Shown one piece after another: positions 1-12,930 of a DNA stretch of 64,000 nucleotides. Below the pieces are notes generated by a model. That model did no database searches. It was not told where the DNA came from and worked only from the letters and a program-made list of their open reading frames with translations. This DNA comes from Octopus vulgaris (taxonomy: Eukaryota): the NCBI GenBank assembly GCA_951406725.2, contig OX597833.1, positions 47,182,001-47,246,000 of the forward strand, read 5' to 3'. The first letter of the stretch is position 1; every line of letters starts with the position of its first letter. A program made the translations under genes and the position numbers.

Positions 1-5
1 GGAGG

Positions 6-63
<58 letters not shown>

Positions 64-656
64 GAAAAAGAAATAGAAAAAGAAATAGAAAGAGAGGGAG
101 GGAATATCACGTCTGCATACGTACGCAATGTCCCTGACTCTCCCTCTTTTCCTCCGTCACACATCGACAAACAAATATTACGTATGAGAGTTTGTGTAAT
201 CTCACTAACTTCGACACTGATTGAGTTATGTGTTTTGATCGTCTTCCTAACCTTAACCTCCTCTTGACTGCATTAATAGCGTTGATGATATTTTAAAAAG
301 ATGCAAACGTACTTTCTCTCAGAGGACCTTTCTACTTCTCATCTTTCAAATGCGTTAGGTGTTTGGTTACACGCTACCACTTTCGCAGCTCATTCTCTCT
401 TCATCTGTTCATTCTACTAATTCGTAGACGTGAAAAACCTTTTGTTGTTGGAGTAAGAGACGTTTCTCTTGCTGGTGGTTGTCTGCGCATGATCGATATC
501 GTGTTACACAATAGGTATCACACACGCTACATGAATGATTTTACGCCAGACACCGAATTCACGTGCAGACACGGGTGCCTTTACCTAGTCGCGTCATATG
601 GCAAAAATAAACACCCAAATCTCATTCAAATAGCTATCACTTTTAAAAGTGGCCTT

Positions 657-1068
657 GGATCTTTTCGGTTTGAACGGCAGTTTTTAACATAATTTCTAGG
701 TAACTAAAAAAATTTAAACTTCGTATACTGGTAGAATGTGTTTATAAAACATCTTTTTCTCTTGGCTTTATTGAGAAAATTCTATAGTTTGTAAGATATT
801 TCTTGTTTTTTTCTTCAATTTCTGCAATTTCAACCAATCACTGACGTCTATTGAGGTAAACAAAAAAACATTCTATGCCGTATGAATATGTCCCTCGTTT
901 AAGAAACAGATTGGGTTTATTTACATTTGTGAAGAAAAGAAGATACCCTTCCCCCACCCTAACCCTAAAACAGATTGAAATGCAATAGATCGATACTAGG
1001 ATCATAATTATGGGTGACAATTTCATATGACACCGCTAGAAAAACTGCCGTTCAAACCGAAAAGAACC
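657..1068 (+). mobile_element. MITE family A (GGATC-TIR, 8-bp TSD), copy 1
   Basis: TIR ggatcttttcggtttgaacggcagttttt / aaaaactgccgttcaaaccgaaaagaacc; flanks gtggcctt/ctggcctt; internal ccctaaccctaa. Confidence 0.9.
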
Positions 1069-2966
1069 CTGGCCTTTCCTACATGATCCCCGAAAATGTG
1101 ATGAGTTGGTCGTGGCTAGAATGTCTTTGATCAAAGGCCCAAGCCGATGAGGGCTGCCATGAGTTTAGACGACACCAACAACAAGAATATCAAAAACTAA
1201 ATTCATTGATAAATCTGGTGAAAACTCATGTTATATTTGTACCTAAGAGGCGTACTCACGGTTTGTAAGTGCAGGTATGAGAAACTCGCTTTAGAACCGC
1301 ATGGTTTCAAGTTCAGTTCCTCTGCGCGGCATCTTGGGCTAGTGTCTTCTGCCATAGTCCTGGGTCGACCAATGCCTTGTGAGTAAATTTGCTTGTCGGA
1401 AACTGTCTGGAAGCCCAGTGTGTGTGTGTTTTGAGTATTTGTACATCCTATCACTTGACAATCGTTGTTGGTTTGTTTATGTCCCTTTAACTTGGCAATT
1501 CTGCAGAAGACCATAGAATAACTACCAGACTTAAAATAAGTACTGGTGTTGATTTGTTCAACTACAGTCCTTCAAAGCGTTGCTCTAACATGGTTGCAGT
1601 CCAATGAGTGAAACAAGTAATAGATACTGCTATCAGCCACAGCAACGCAACGCTTGTAAAAACCTCGAAAGCCACGACTTGACTGATTTTTTTTAGTATT
1701 AAATGGGGGAAGAGATAAATCTTGTTTTGATTGGGGGAAGGGAAAGTCTGCTGTCAAATAGCTTTACCTGAAGATGTGGGAAGTCGGTTCGTCTAATTTG
1801 GAGGTTCTTAACCCGGACGGAATTGCAGCGAGCAGGCAGAAATGTTAGAACGCCAGGTGAAATGCCTAGTGGGTATTTCGTCCGCCTTTACGTTCTGAGT
1901 TCAAATTCCTCAGAGGCTGGCTTTGCCTTTCATTCGTTGAGGGCGACTTTGCCTTTCACTTTTTCGGGGTCGATAAGATAAGTACCAGTTAGGTAATGAG
2001 GTCAATGTGATCAATTCAACCACTCTTGGGTATAAGTATAAAAACTGCATCCGTCTACCAAGCCATGTCGAGCCAAAGTGTCAGAGTAGGCTCATCAAAC
2101 TAGTGTGATCCCACGCTATTTTCTGATGGAGAGAAAATGCTGAAGCCTTCGTCTTGCAGTGGGTTGAACATGAGCAATCTAATCCAGTCTAACTTGAATG
2201 AAAAAGTGGATGGGCTCTGGATGTTTAGAAAAGTGTTTGTTTAAACTAAAGTATTTAAACCAGATACAATTCTTATTTTTTAAACTTATTTTTAAAAATT
2301 GTTTGTCGGGGTTAAGATTTAAAAAAAAAAGGAAGGACATTGTGTTATCAGTAAGCAGAAATATAATTAATGTACCATGGTATAAAGAACCCTTGTGTAT
2401 AAGGAACTCCCTAATTTTGGGGGTTTAACATTTGGAAAAAAAGGTTTTGTAAGGGATTATAATACTATCCATGTATAAAAAAACTCCCATATTTTTTTAA
2501 CCTAATTTTTGACGAAAAAGGGTTCTTTATACAGGTTAAAATACGGTGATTTCGTTATGTAAAAATTTCCAAACAAAAACAAAAATCACCAATAATTTTC
2601 CGTATTTCTCCCCCTTTCCCTCCACAACCAACTAGCTGTCTTGTTCCCCTCTCTTTTTACCTCTCTCCCCTCATCCAAGAACATAATAATTTTTTTTTCA
2701 ATATATACATTCTAACTATCCTACACAATTTATCTTAACTTACCACTGTTTTCACACTCGATAACTTTAGTAATAGCATCATGAACACGAATATTGTTTT
2801 GTTATCCAGATTTGCCGGAATGATTTCAGATAAGATAATAATGTTTTTGTTCGGAATACAAAAGCATAGACAACAAATAGGATTAACAATCTTGATTTCT
2901 CATTCAGATTAGAATATCAGGCTAATTAGAAGGAAATTTAGTGGGAAATATTCTCATATATACAAC

Positions 2967-3313
2967 ATCTATTATATAAAATCCGTTCTGTCTGTCTGTG
3001 TGTGTGTGTGTGTCTTCTAGGATCTCGGGCATCCTCCATCCGATTGTGCTCAAATTTGATATGTTGATACCTATTTCTTTATTACCCACAAGGGGCTAAA
3101 CACAGAGGGGACAAACAAGGACAGACATAAGTACTAAGTCGATTACATCGACCCCAGTGCGTAACTGGTACTTAATTTATCGACCCCGAAAGGATGAAAG
3201 GCAAAGTCGACCCCGGCAGAATTTGAACTCAGAACGTAACGACAGACGAAATATGTTGATACCGACGGTATCATGGCATGTATAAGTCTTGAAAAAATTA
3301 CAAAAATCGATTC
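2967..3313 (+). mobile_element. Helitron-like 5' segment interrupted by a SINE and cut by the Tc1-type element
   Basis: TCtattatataaaatccgtt(ctgt)n start; SINE at 3073-3250 flanked by repeat atatgttgatacc. Confidence 0.5.
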
Positions 3314-4017
3314 CAGAGTGGTGCAAAAGTTTGGACCCACGAGCAATTTATTATATAACAATTTACAGTTCACAATAAGTATTCTAACTGATTTCCACCA
3401 CCTTCTGTGCAAACATTTGGACTCATGGCAATTTACGGTTTACAACAAGTGTTCAAATTGATTTCCACCTTCTCCCAAACACTTTCTTACTCGGGAGACA
3501 CATGATTTTTGCACATTTCTAAGCATAGAGTTATTCGCTCTTATAGTTTCAATTTCTTGTGTGATGTCATCTTCTAGTGCTTGTAATGTTCTTGGCCCGT
3601 TAGCATAAAAACATTGATTTAAGATATCCCCATAAGAAAAAAAACCTAAAGGACTCAAATCCAGAGATCTTGGTGGCCATTCAACCGGTCCTTGACGTCC
3701 AATTCATTTTCTTGGAAATATATTGTCCAAAACACTGCGCATATCTTTGGTATAATATAGCGGAGCCCCATCCTGTTGAAACTACATTTCTCGTCGAATT
3801 GCTACGTCATCTAGGCATGGTATAAGGAATGTTTTTAATAAATGAAGGTATGACTCACTCGTTACCGTGTTTGGGAAAGAAATAGGGACCAATTATTGTA
3901 CTTCTCCATATAGACACCCACATCATGATCCTTGAATAATTAAATGATCAAAATCATGTTAAAGATAAGAAATACTTTTTTGTAATTTCTCTATGCGTCC
4001 AAACTTTTGCAGCACGT
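3314..4017 (-). mobile_element. Decayed, internally deleted Tc1/mariner-superfamily DDE transposon
   Basis: Minus-strand motifs FQQDGAP, IGRQGPVEWPPRSLDLSPLGFF, GGNQFEHLL*; TIRs gtggtgcaaaagtttggac / gtccaaacttttgcagcac. Confidence 0.85.
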
Positions 4018-4025
4018 ATATACAT

Positions 4026-4084
<59 letters not shown>

Positions 4085-4102
4085 ATGTATATGTATATAT
4101 AT

Positions 4103-4165
<63 letters not shown>

Positions 4166-4510
4166 TATATGTATGTATATATATGTATATATATGTATAT
4201 AAATGTGTGTATATGTGTTTGTGTGTCTATGTTTGTCCCCCTAGCATTGCTTGACAACCGATGCTGGTATGTTTACTTCCCCGTCACTTAGCGGTTCGGC
4301 AAAAGAGACCGATAGAATAAGTACTGGGCTTATAAAGAATAAGTCCCGGGGTCGATTTGCTCGACTAAAGGCGGTGCTCCAGTATGGCCGTAGTCAAATG
4401 ACTGAAACAAATAAAAGAGTAAAAGAGTATATGTATATGTCATGATAGATCGTTAGCACCTACACGCATTTTTTCTCTCCTTGTTTCTCTCCTTGTTTTT
4501 TTTCCGTGTA

Positions 4511-4548
4511 TCTTTCTGTCGAAGAGCGTAGGCTCGAAACGTAAAAGA
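4511..4548 (+). ncRNA. Minimal hammerhead-like motif (C3-G8, A6U) in pLTR-like repeat 4446-4640
   Basis: tcttt-CTGTCGA-a-gagc(gtag)gctc-GAAA-cg-T-A-aaaga. Confidence 0.55.
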
Positions 4549-4898
4549 ATTTTTCTATTCCTGAGAGCTATACTAATACATTTGTTTGTTTGTACTCCAC
4601 CTGCCTTCGTCTTTTGTTTATTTTCGTAAACTTTCTCTTTATATGTATATATATATATATATATATGAATATATGTGTGTGTATATATATATATATATAT
4701 AAGCATGTGCATATGTATGCATGTATCCATGTATATATGGATGTATCTATGTACACACACACACATAAATAGATAGTGTATATGTATGTATGCATATATA
4801 TCTATAAGTAAGCTTATACATATATATATGTACATGTATGTATATACGTGTTTTTATGTGTATGTGTGTATGTATATATATATGCTTATTTGTACTTA

Positions 4899-4981
<83 letters not shown>

Positions 4982-5443
4982 TTACGTATGTACGTATATG
5001 GTACAATTTAGCTCATAAAGTGTACGAAGCATTTAAATTGCTGTTGTATGTCCTTACATCACTATGCCAGGTAAATTCGTATCAGAGCCAAAAAAGCAAA
5101 TTTATGAAGGTCATGGGAGAGAGAGAGAGAGAGAGAGGTGGGGTGTTATTTGGCCGAATTTGCCCATCAATGTTAGACAGCATACGATAATAGTATGGCT
5201 GCACTTTGTGCGTAATATATTTGCATCTGATCTATTATTCCAGACTGTTCTCAAGTTTCACTTTAAATTTTTGTAATATAAGGTTGTGAGGTTAAGACGA
5301 TTCAGACGGGGTGCAGGTATTATCTGCCAAGCTGCAAGATGCAAACAATTAACACTCACCTTTTACAGACACACTCATTCACATTCACAAATACACTTTA
5401 TAATACGTATATGTGAATTATGCGTGCGTATACACATACATAC

Positions 5444-5499
<56 letters not shown>

Positions 5500-5749
5500 A
5501 TATATGTATGAATGTGTGTATGTATGTGTGTATGTATGTATGCATGTATGTATGAATGTGTGTATGTATGAATGTGTGTATGTATGAATGTGTGCATGTG
5601 TGTATATTTTAAGTGTACACATAGCAAAACAAACCATCTGTATTCCATTTGCTTTTTGCCTGAACACTGACGAAAGAGATGGTACACTTAGTATGCCCTC
5701 CCTTTTATTTCTATTTGCCTCTCTCTCTCTCTCTCTCTCTCCACACACA

Positions 5750-5816
<67 letters not shown>

Positions 5817-6002
5817 TTTTCTCTTTTTGTTTGTGCGTTTGCATGCATGTAGGTGTGTTGTATGCGTGTGTGCCATTGCATATGTTATTGGATATACATT
5901 CTTATCTTGAAAGTTAACCGGGTCACGACAATAAAACTAGTTTGCTAGTCTCGGCTATTTCTGGCAAAATACAACGAGAATACTGCTCACTCAGGACAGA
6001 TT

Positions 6003-6557
6003 ACCACTCAGTACCAGACAGTGGCTCTCATGGCTTTTGATCTTAACTGATTGGAAGTGTTATCATGTACATTGTTTTGTCTTGGTATAAAAGATGAGCT
6101 ACCGCGAATATTCTGCTCAATACCACAGATTTGCTTGTCAGTTGTTTCACCTCAACTTGTTGAGCATGTCCCTTGGTGACTGACGATATGTGCATCTTTG
6201 ATCACCAGCAGAAGTTAAGGGGGAGCATCATAGCCATGTGCTGAGAGGAATTCTTTAGGGGTTGAATAATTCACCTCTGGAAACATGGGTGTTTCGTTCA
6301 TCATCCTCAAACAACCCTTATTTAGGGACCATTGGAGCGGGATGGGCTACTCGACCTGAAGAAAATTATAACTGGTCCCCCACCTGTAAGGTCATGTGCT
6401 GTTTATCTTGGTATAATATCACCATGTCACGCACATATGGTTGTGATGCATGTGCCTGGTGCACCCTTATCAGACAGGTAATTATGATGGGTATACTAGG
6501 CTTCGTATATTTTATCCCAGTGTCATTTTTATGGCATGCACTGCTTTGTCACTCAAT
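6003..6557. repeat. Unclassified interspersed repeat ending in (TAA)n; decayed copy at 53610-54215
   Basis: Shared blocks tgattggaagtgtta, tttgcttgtcag, tatgtgcatct, gatgcatgtgcctggtg. Confidence 0.7.
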
Positions 6558-6579
6558 AATGATAATAATAATAATAATG

Positions 6580-6633
<54 letters not shown>

Positions 6634-7978
6634 TATTGGATGATTGTATAATTATATGCGCTAAGAATTCAAATCCCTCCTAGGTCAACTTAGCCTTTCT
6701 TCTTCTCGGTGTCAGTAAAATAAAGAACCAGTTCACAATAGTAAATTGGCGGAATTGTTAGAGCATTGGACGAGATACCTTGTCGTATTCGTTCCAACTC
6801 TGTACGATCTGAGGTCATTACCCGCTTTCACATCACCACCTAGTCATTGGGTACCTTTTGCAAATCTTACTCAGTTGCATGAATTCGAATCAGCATCCCG
6901 TTTTTAGCGTAAATTCCTCCATTCTCTATTCTTGGGAATCTCTGACAGTGGCATAAAAGCTGTGTGGCTTAGTGGTTAGGATGTTGCACTCAAGATCGCA
7001 TGGTTGTGGTTTCAATTCCTGGACTGAGCAATATGTTGTGTTCTGTAGCAAAACACTTCGTTTCACGTTGCGCCAGTCCACTCAACGGGCAAAAATGAGT
7101 AATCCAGCGACGGACCAGTGCCTCAACAAGAGAGTGAGTATATACGCCACAGAATCCGGGAAACCGGTCTGAAGAGTCTATGGCTCAGGAAGGACCTTTG
7201 ATCCTGACTGTGGTGTAGCTAGAATGTGTAAGGCGGCGAGCTGGCAGAACCGTTAGCGTGCCAGGTGAAATTCTTAGCGGTATTTCGCCTGCCGTTACGT
7301 TCTAAGTTCAAATTCCGCCGAGGTCGACTTTGCCTTTCATCCTTTCGGGGTCGATTAAATAAGAACCAGTTACGCACTGGGGTCGATGTAATCGACTTAA
7401 TTCCCTTGTCGGTCCTTGTTTGTCCCCTCTATGTTTAGCTCCTTGTGGGCAATAAAGAAATGAGAATGTGTACGATCTGGAATAGCCTTTGAGTTCACAG
7501 CTCCCTTCTTCTCCGGGACCCCAAGCCTATACAGGGTTATACGGCAGACCCCAAAGTATCACTATTGATAAAAGTATCGCCCGGCTGAACTGTCCCTCCT
7601 CGCTCCACCTCCTATACTACTCTCTTCTGAAAACTATCGGCTCAAGGATGCTAAACCCCCACTCTCTCTCTCTTCTAAGCAAATAAAATAAAAGCGGTTG
7701 GCATAGCTGTGTATAATAGCAATGAGCTGTCTGATATACATATCAATGAAAGCAACCTACATTTAGTGAATGTTGTGATATTTGATGACACCAACATATA
7801 TTTATGTATACTACTCGGGAACCCGACTCTGCTATCCACCTCACTGTACACACAATTTCATAACAAATACTTCTTTTTTCCCCGCGCTACTTTACCTCTG
7901 TATTCTTTGCTTCATATTTTCTTCTTTCGTCTTTATTCTTCTCCCATTGGCTTCTTTTATTTATATTCTATATTCTTT

Positions 7979-8100
7979 ACGGAGATGTACTTGCATAGCA
8001 TGTGATTTGATCTGAGATCGTGTGCTGAAACGAAAACAATTGCAGCGTGGAAGGTGTTTGTAAGCCATTTAAGAAAACACCTTCCGCGCTGCAATTGTGG
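7979..8100. mobile_element. Family P1, short copy
   Basis: Same extension and arm start, short inverted segment ending gctgcaattgt; 12-bp direct repeat tctatattcttt. Confidence 0.75.
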
Positions 8101-8368
8101 TCTATATTCTTTCTTTTCTCTTTTCCCTCTTCTACTTCTTTCTTTCTATTTTTTTTCTCCATGGGGTCAATCTGTTCTGTTACCACTTGATCTAACCCTG
8201 CCAAAGTTTCTAACCAGAACCCAAATCGTATTATATGCTACACTTACTGGGGACATGTTAATTTTTCTAGTTGATTTCTACTTTGTTAGGAAACCTTTAT
8301 CTCAAACCGGACTCACTTTGTTTGGGGTGGTGATATTGCTTTAATATATAGCACTAACCTCAAGGTAT

Positions 8369-8601
8369 AAGGCGGCGAGCTGGCAGAAACGTTAGCACGC
8401 CGGGCGAAATGCGTAGCCGTATTTCGTCTGCCGTTACGTTCTGAGTTCAAATTCCGCCGAGGTTGACTTTGCCTTTCATCCTTTCGGGGTCGATAAATTA
8501 AGTACCAGTTACCCACTGGGGTCGATATAATCGACTTAATCCGTTTTTCTGTCCTTGTTAGTCCTCCCTGTGTTTAGCCCTTTCTGGGTAGTAAAGAAAT
8601 A
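8369..8601 (+). mobile_element. SINE family S2 (Meta-domain-like), representative full copy
   Basis: aaggcggcgagctggcagaa head, B-box gagttcaaattcc, central gactttgcctttcatcctttcggggtcgataaattaagtaccag. Other copies near 1820, 3073(-), 7230, 10142, 18345-18857(-, trimer), 21725, 38198, 38925, 44740, 54255(-), 55278(-). Confidence 0.9.
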
Positions 8602-9294
8602 GATATTGCTTTAATATACATCACTAACCTCAAGGTATAATGGTTTCTTACAACAATGAGAGAGCCTCTTCATGGTCGGTCAACCTGCTCGTGAAAGAAT
8701 GCTAATCTCTCTGCAATCACCTATAAAAGGTGGGGAACACTCTGAAAGCTTTATAACCCCTAGGCTAGCATTTCCCATCCTTTTAACATCGTAACCCGTT
8801 TTGGTTAGTTAATAATCCTCTGTAGTACTTATTTTAATAATTGAGTTCTCAAAGAGCAAACACAAAATTTGTGGGAACGGAAACGAAAACGGTCGTGTCT
8901 GTGTGGTAAGAAACTTGCTTCCCAAGTCACATGGTTCCGGGCTTAATACCCCTGCGTGGAACCTTGGACATGTGACTTCTTCAGTAGCCTTGGACCGACC
9001 AAAGTTTTGTGAGTAGATTCGGTAGACGGAAACTGAAAGAAGCCCACAATATATATACGTGTGTGTGTGTGTCTGTGTCTCTCCTCCACTACCACTGCTT
9101 GACAACTGGCATTGGTGTGTTTACGTCCCCGTAACTTAGCGATTCGGCAAAAGAGACCGATAGAATGAGTACCAGGCTTTTAAAAAAAATAACTACTGAA
9201 GTCAACTTGTTCGGCTAAAATTCTTCCTGGAGTGCTCCGGCATGGCCACTGTCTAATGACTAAAATAAGTAAAAGGTAAAAAAATCTCTTGGGT

Positions 9295-10542
9295 GAATGC
9301 AGTCAGCTAGCACAAAAAGAATATATGGTGCAGGCATGACTGTGTAGGCAAACGAATAGATTTGGATGTTAGCCGTGTGTGAGGCTTCGAAATAACTGAA
9401 AATTTGTATAAACACGAACTAGAGGCTGTGATAGAGAATGAAAATGACAGGATTTTATGGGACTTCTCATAAAGACTGGCCGCACTAATGAAGCAAAATG
9501 ATCAGGTATGAACAGATAGGACAAAATAAAGGCGCGGGAGTGGCTGTGTGGTAAGTAGCTTGTTTACCAGCCACATGGTTCCGGGTTCAGTCCCACTGCG
9601 TGGCACCTTGGGCAAGTGTCTTCTACTATAGCCTTGGGCCAACCAAAGCCTTGTGAGTGGATTTGGTAGACGGAAACTGAAAGAAGCCCATAGTATATAT
9701 GTAAATATATATATATGTGCGTGTGTGTTTGTGTGTCTGTGTTTGCCCCAACCAACATCGCTTGACAACCGATGCTGGTGTGTTTATGTCCCCGTAACTT
9801 AGCGGTTCGGCAAAAGAGACCGATAGAATAAGTACTGGGCTTACAAAGAATAAGTCCCGAGGTCGAGTTGCTCGATTAAAGGCGGTGCTCCAGCATGGCC
9901 GCAGTCAAATGACTGAAACAAGTAAAAGAGTAAAAGAGAGAGTAAGATGATAAACTTTGCAATACCATGTAATAATAGAGTGGATATTAAAAAAAATTGG
10001 AAAAACTGAGAAAAACCAGAGAAGTAAAGCGATTGTGGAAGACTGAAGACAACAATTATTTCTGTAGTAATTCTGTGGTAATTTCTGTGGTAATTCATGC
10101 ACAATACCCAAACAGATACCTAAGAAGCTGAAAGAAGCTTAAAGGCGGCGAGCTGGCAGAACCGTTAGCACGCCGGGCGAAATGCTTAGCGGTATTTCGT
10201 CTGCTGTTACGTTCTGAGTTCAAATTCCGCCGAGGTCGACTTTGCCATTTCATTACTTTCGGGGTCGATAAATTAAGTACCAGTTACGCACTGGGGTCGA
10301 TGTAATCGACTTAATCCGTTTGTCTGTCCTTGTTTGTCCTCTCTGTGTTTAGCCCCTTGTGGGCAATAAAGAAATAAGAAACTGAAAGATATTGGAATTG
10401 AGATTTGCATTACCGGCCTGCAGAGACGAGCAATCCTATATTCTGCATCCCAAGAAAGATTTTTTCAGTTTTCGGAGATTTGTTGTTGCCATACCTCAAG
10501 ACAACATCCCTGCCAACTAATGAAATATGTAATAGTTATAGG

Positions 10543-10585
<43 letters not shown>
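9295..10585 (+). mobile_element. Decayed R4/Dong-clade non-LTR 3' end split by two SINEs
   Basis: Broken peptides ECSQLAQKEY..RHD.VGK, LYKHELEAVIENENDRILWDF, MINFAIPCNNRVDIK, KTTIISVVI, then a (TAA)n tail. Confidence 0.7.
9531..9940 (+). mobile_element. SINE family S1 (CORE-like, internal TA/TG microsatellite), representative full copy
   Basis: Head ggcgcgggagtggctgtgtggtaag, CORE-like ggcaccttgggcaagtg, tail gaaacaagtaaaagagtaaaagag. Other copies near 1270, 4215, 8890, 11460, 11821, 13235, 21675, 22470, 35505, 42170(-), 42553(-), 48524, 50570(-), 52171(-), 55680(-), 56220. Confidence 0.9.
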
Positions 10586-10586
<1 letters not shown>

Positions 10587-10893
10587 TATCATTAGTAGTG
10601 GGACCCATGGAAATTTCCACGGAATGGAAAAAATTAAGAGGACCTATTTAAGAAAGAAAGGATGACTTGCATTTTTATCAGATTCATAGTTTAGCTTTCT
10701 TTAAATATTGTTGACGTTCGTCTACGTTCATTTCCTCACGTCTCCGTCGGTGTTGTCTTTTTCCTATTTTTATTATATTTTCTCGCTGTTTCTCTCTGAT
10801 CCGTGCTCTATATCTGCGCATCCTTTCTCGGGCAGCTTGCAACCGTGCTTCATGTGGATCTAGACTTCAGGCTAAATTAACGCTTAAAAACAA

Positions 10894-11245
10894 TTGCAGC
10901 GTGGAAGTTGTTTGTAACCCATTTAAGAAACACACAAAAGCCGTTCGATTCACTTCAACATTTAAGATTAATTTGTCAAAATATTTTCGTCGCTAAACCG
11001 CGACCTGTTCACTGACAAAAATCCGTGCTGCATCACGGATTTTTGCAGCACGGATTTTTGTCAGTGAACAGGTCGCGGTCTTAAAGCGACGAAAATATTT
11101 TGACAAATTAAACTTAAATGTTGAAGTGAATCGAACGGCTTTTGTGTGTTTCTTAAATGGCTTACAAACACCTTCCACGCTGCAATTGTTTTCGTTTCAG
11201 CACACGATCTCAGATCAAATCACTTGCTATGCAAGTACATCTCCG
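10894..11245. mobile_element. Fold-back Penelope-like non-autonomous element, family P1
   Basis: Inverted arms of about 145 bp plus a one-sided ~55-bp extension; 16-bp direct repeat taacgcttaaaaacaa; hammerhead motif in each arm. Confidence 0.75.
11057..11107 (+). ncRNA. Minimal type-I hammerhead ribozyme motif, G3-C8 variant
   Basis: tttgtca-GTGAACA-g-gtcgc(ggtcttaaa)gcgac-GAAA-atat-T-T-tgacaaa; also on minus at 10972-11019 and 40120-40170. Confidence 0.65.
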
Positions 11246-11683
11246 TAACGCTTAAAAACAAATACAAATTTTTTCAAGCGAGCAGACGATAAATAATTAC
11301 ACTTATGCGCATGCGTTAAGTGATGATGGCTATAAAAAAAATACTTTTCACTATCAACACACCATCACCGCTCTTTTTCTCTCTCTCTCTCTCCCTCCCT
11401 CTCTCTCAATATAACTGTTTCCCTAGTCCATCTCTCTCTTTTTACCTTTCCCATTCTTTCGTATATATATATGCGTGTTTGTGTGTCTGTGTTTGTCCCC
11501 CCAACATCGCTTGACAACCGATGCTGGTGTGTTTACGTCCCCGTAACCTAGCGGTTCGGCCAAAAAAGATACCGATAAAATATGTACTAGGCTTACAAAG
11601 AATAAGTCCTGGGGTCGATTTGATCGACTAAAGGCGGTGCTCCAGGATGGCCACAGTCACATGACTGAAACAAGTAAAAAGAG

Positions 11684-11822
<139 letters not shown>

Positions 11823-12009
11823 CGCAGGAGTGGCTGTGTGGTAAGTAGCTTGCTAACCAACCACATGGTTCCGGGTTCAGTCCCACTGCGTGACATCTTG
11901 GGCAAGTGTCTTCTGCGGGCCGACCAATGCCTTGTGAGTGGATTTGGTAGACGGAAACTGAAAGGCGGTGCTCAAGCATGGCCGCAGTCAAATGACTGAA
12001 ACAAGTAAA

Positions 12010-12044
<35 letters not shown>

Positions 12045-12080
12045 AAATTGGGGAATTAGGTTGTGCAACATACGCCGTAC

Positions 12081-12248
12081 CTTTCTCAAGATCATTACCA
12101 ACATTAAATGGTGTCAAATGACTAACTATACAAACAGGAATCGAGAATGAATCGTACGTTGAAATCATCAACAGCTTAACTCTTTCTCTAGGGCACATCC
12201 TTCCAGAAATAGCCGAAATACTGCTCATAGTAATAATACCTTTCCGTC
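12081..12248 (-). other. Candidate isolated minus-strand exon (coding or lncRNA)
   Basis: Minus-strand ttattttag| acceptor and AAG|gtacgg donor; 168 bp, open in phase 1 ([26 protein letters not shown]...); no recognisable homology. Confidence 0.3.
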
Positions 12249-12665
12249 CTAAAATAAGTAGACATATATACATATACGCGTGCGCGTTTGCACGCTCACA
12301 TTTCTCCGTACATTCATTTCCAATTCTAATAAATCTCCTACGGGGAGCTTAGGATTCAAGTGAAACAGGTCTACAGGTGTAGGAAGTGAATATTTCGTAA
12401 GACGATAATGGCTATAGTCGAATTATATATTATCAGCATGCTTGCAATGACTTTGATACTCGGTTAAGTAGGTATAGAATTTAGTTCACCGATAATACTT
12501 AATACACCCGCCACACACACCACAGACACACTCATGCACATACACATGAGAGCCAACGAGAGTATCTCTGTGTGGTAACTCGATCTGCTGGAAATAACAG
12601 TCAAATCTCAATCAAGTCACACTCCACCATCTTGATTTTAAAAAAAAATGTGGGGATCATTTGAC

Positions 12666-12930
12666 CTGTGGGTCTCAACTGGGGTCCATATGATCTTTGG
12701 AGGTCCATAGAAGATTTTGTCGTTAAAATTTATGTGCAATAAATTATTTATATATCTACAATACACAAAAATATTTTAACAATTTTTTAAATACAATTCC
12801 TAATAATATTTAATTATAAAAATATAATAGGATTTTTTTTTTTTTACTTTGAATGGTTATGAGGGTCCTCCCGAGTAAAATTGGGACCAAAGGGGTCCAT
12901 AGGCAAAAAAAAAATGGTTGAAAACCACTA
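12666..12930. mobile_element. hAT-type MITE (decayed reverse copy near 32905-33180)
   Basis: TIR ctgtgggtctcaac / gttgaaaaccacta; 8-bp TSD catttgac/cattagac; repeated gggtccat motifs. Confidence 0.75.

Noticed and set aside
363-692. 109-aa ORF
   Set aside because: Non-ATG start, runs into a MITE TIR, no recognisable domain.
838-1026. Signal-peptide-like ORF MKLSPIIMILV... (also 17707)
   Set aside because: Internal to MITE family A and not conserved in frame between copies.
7170-7200. ctgaaga hammerhead-like core
   Set aside because: No downstream GAAA or helix III; part of a SINE tail.
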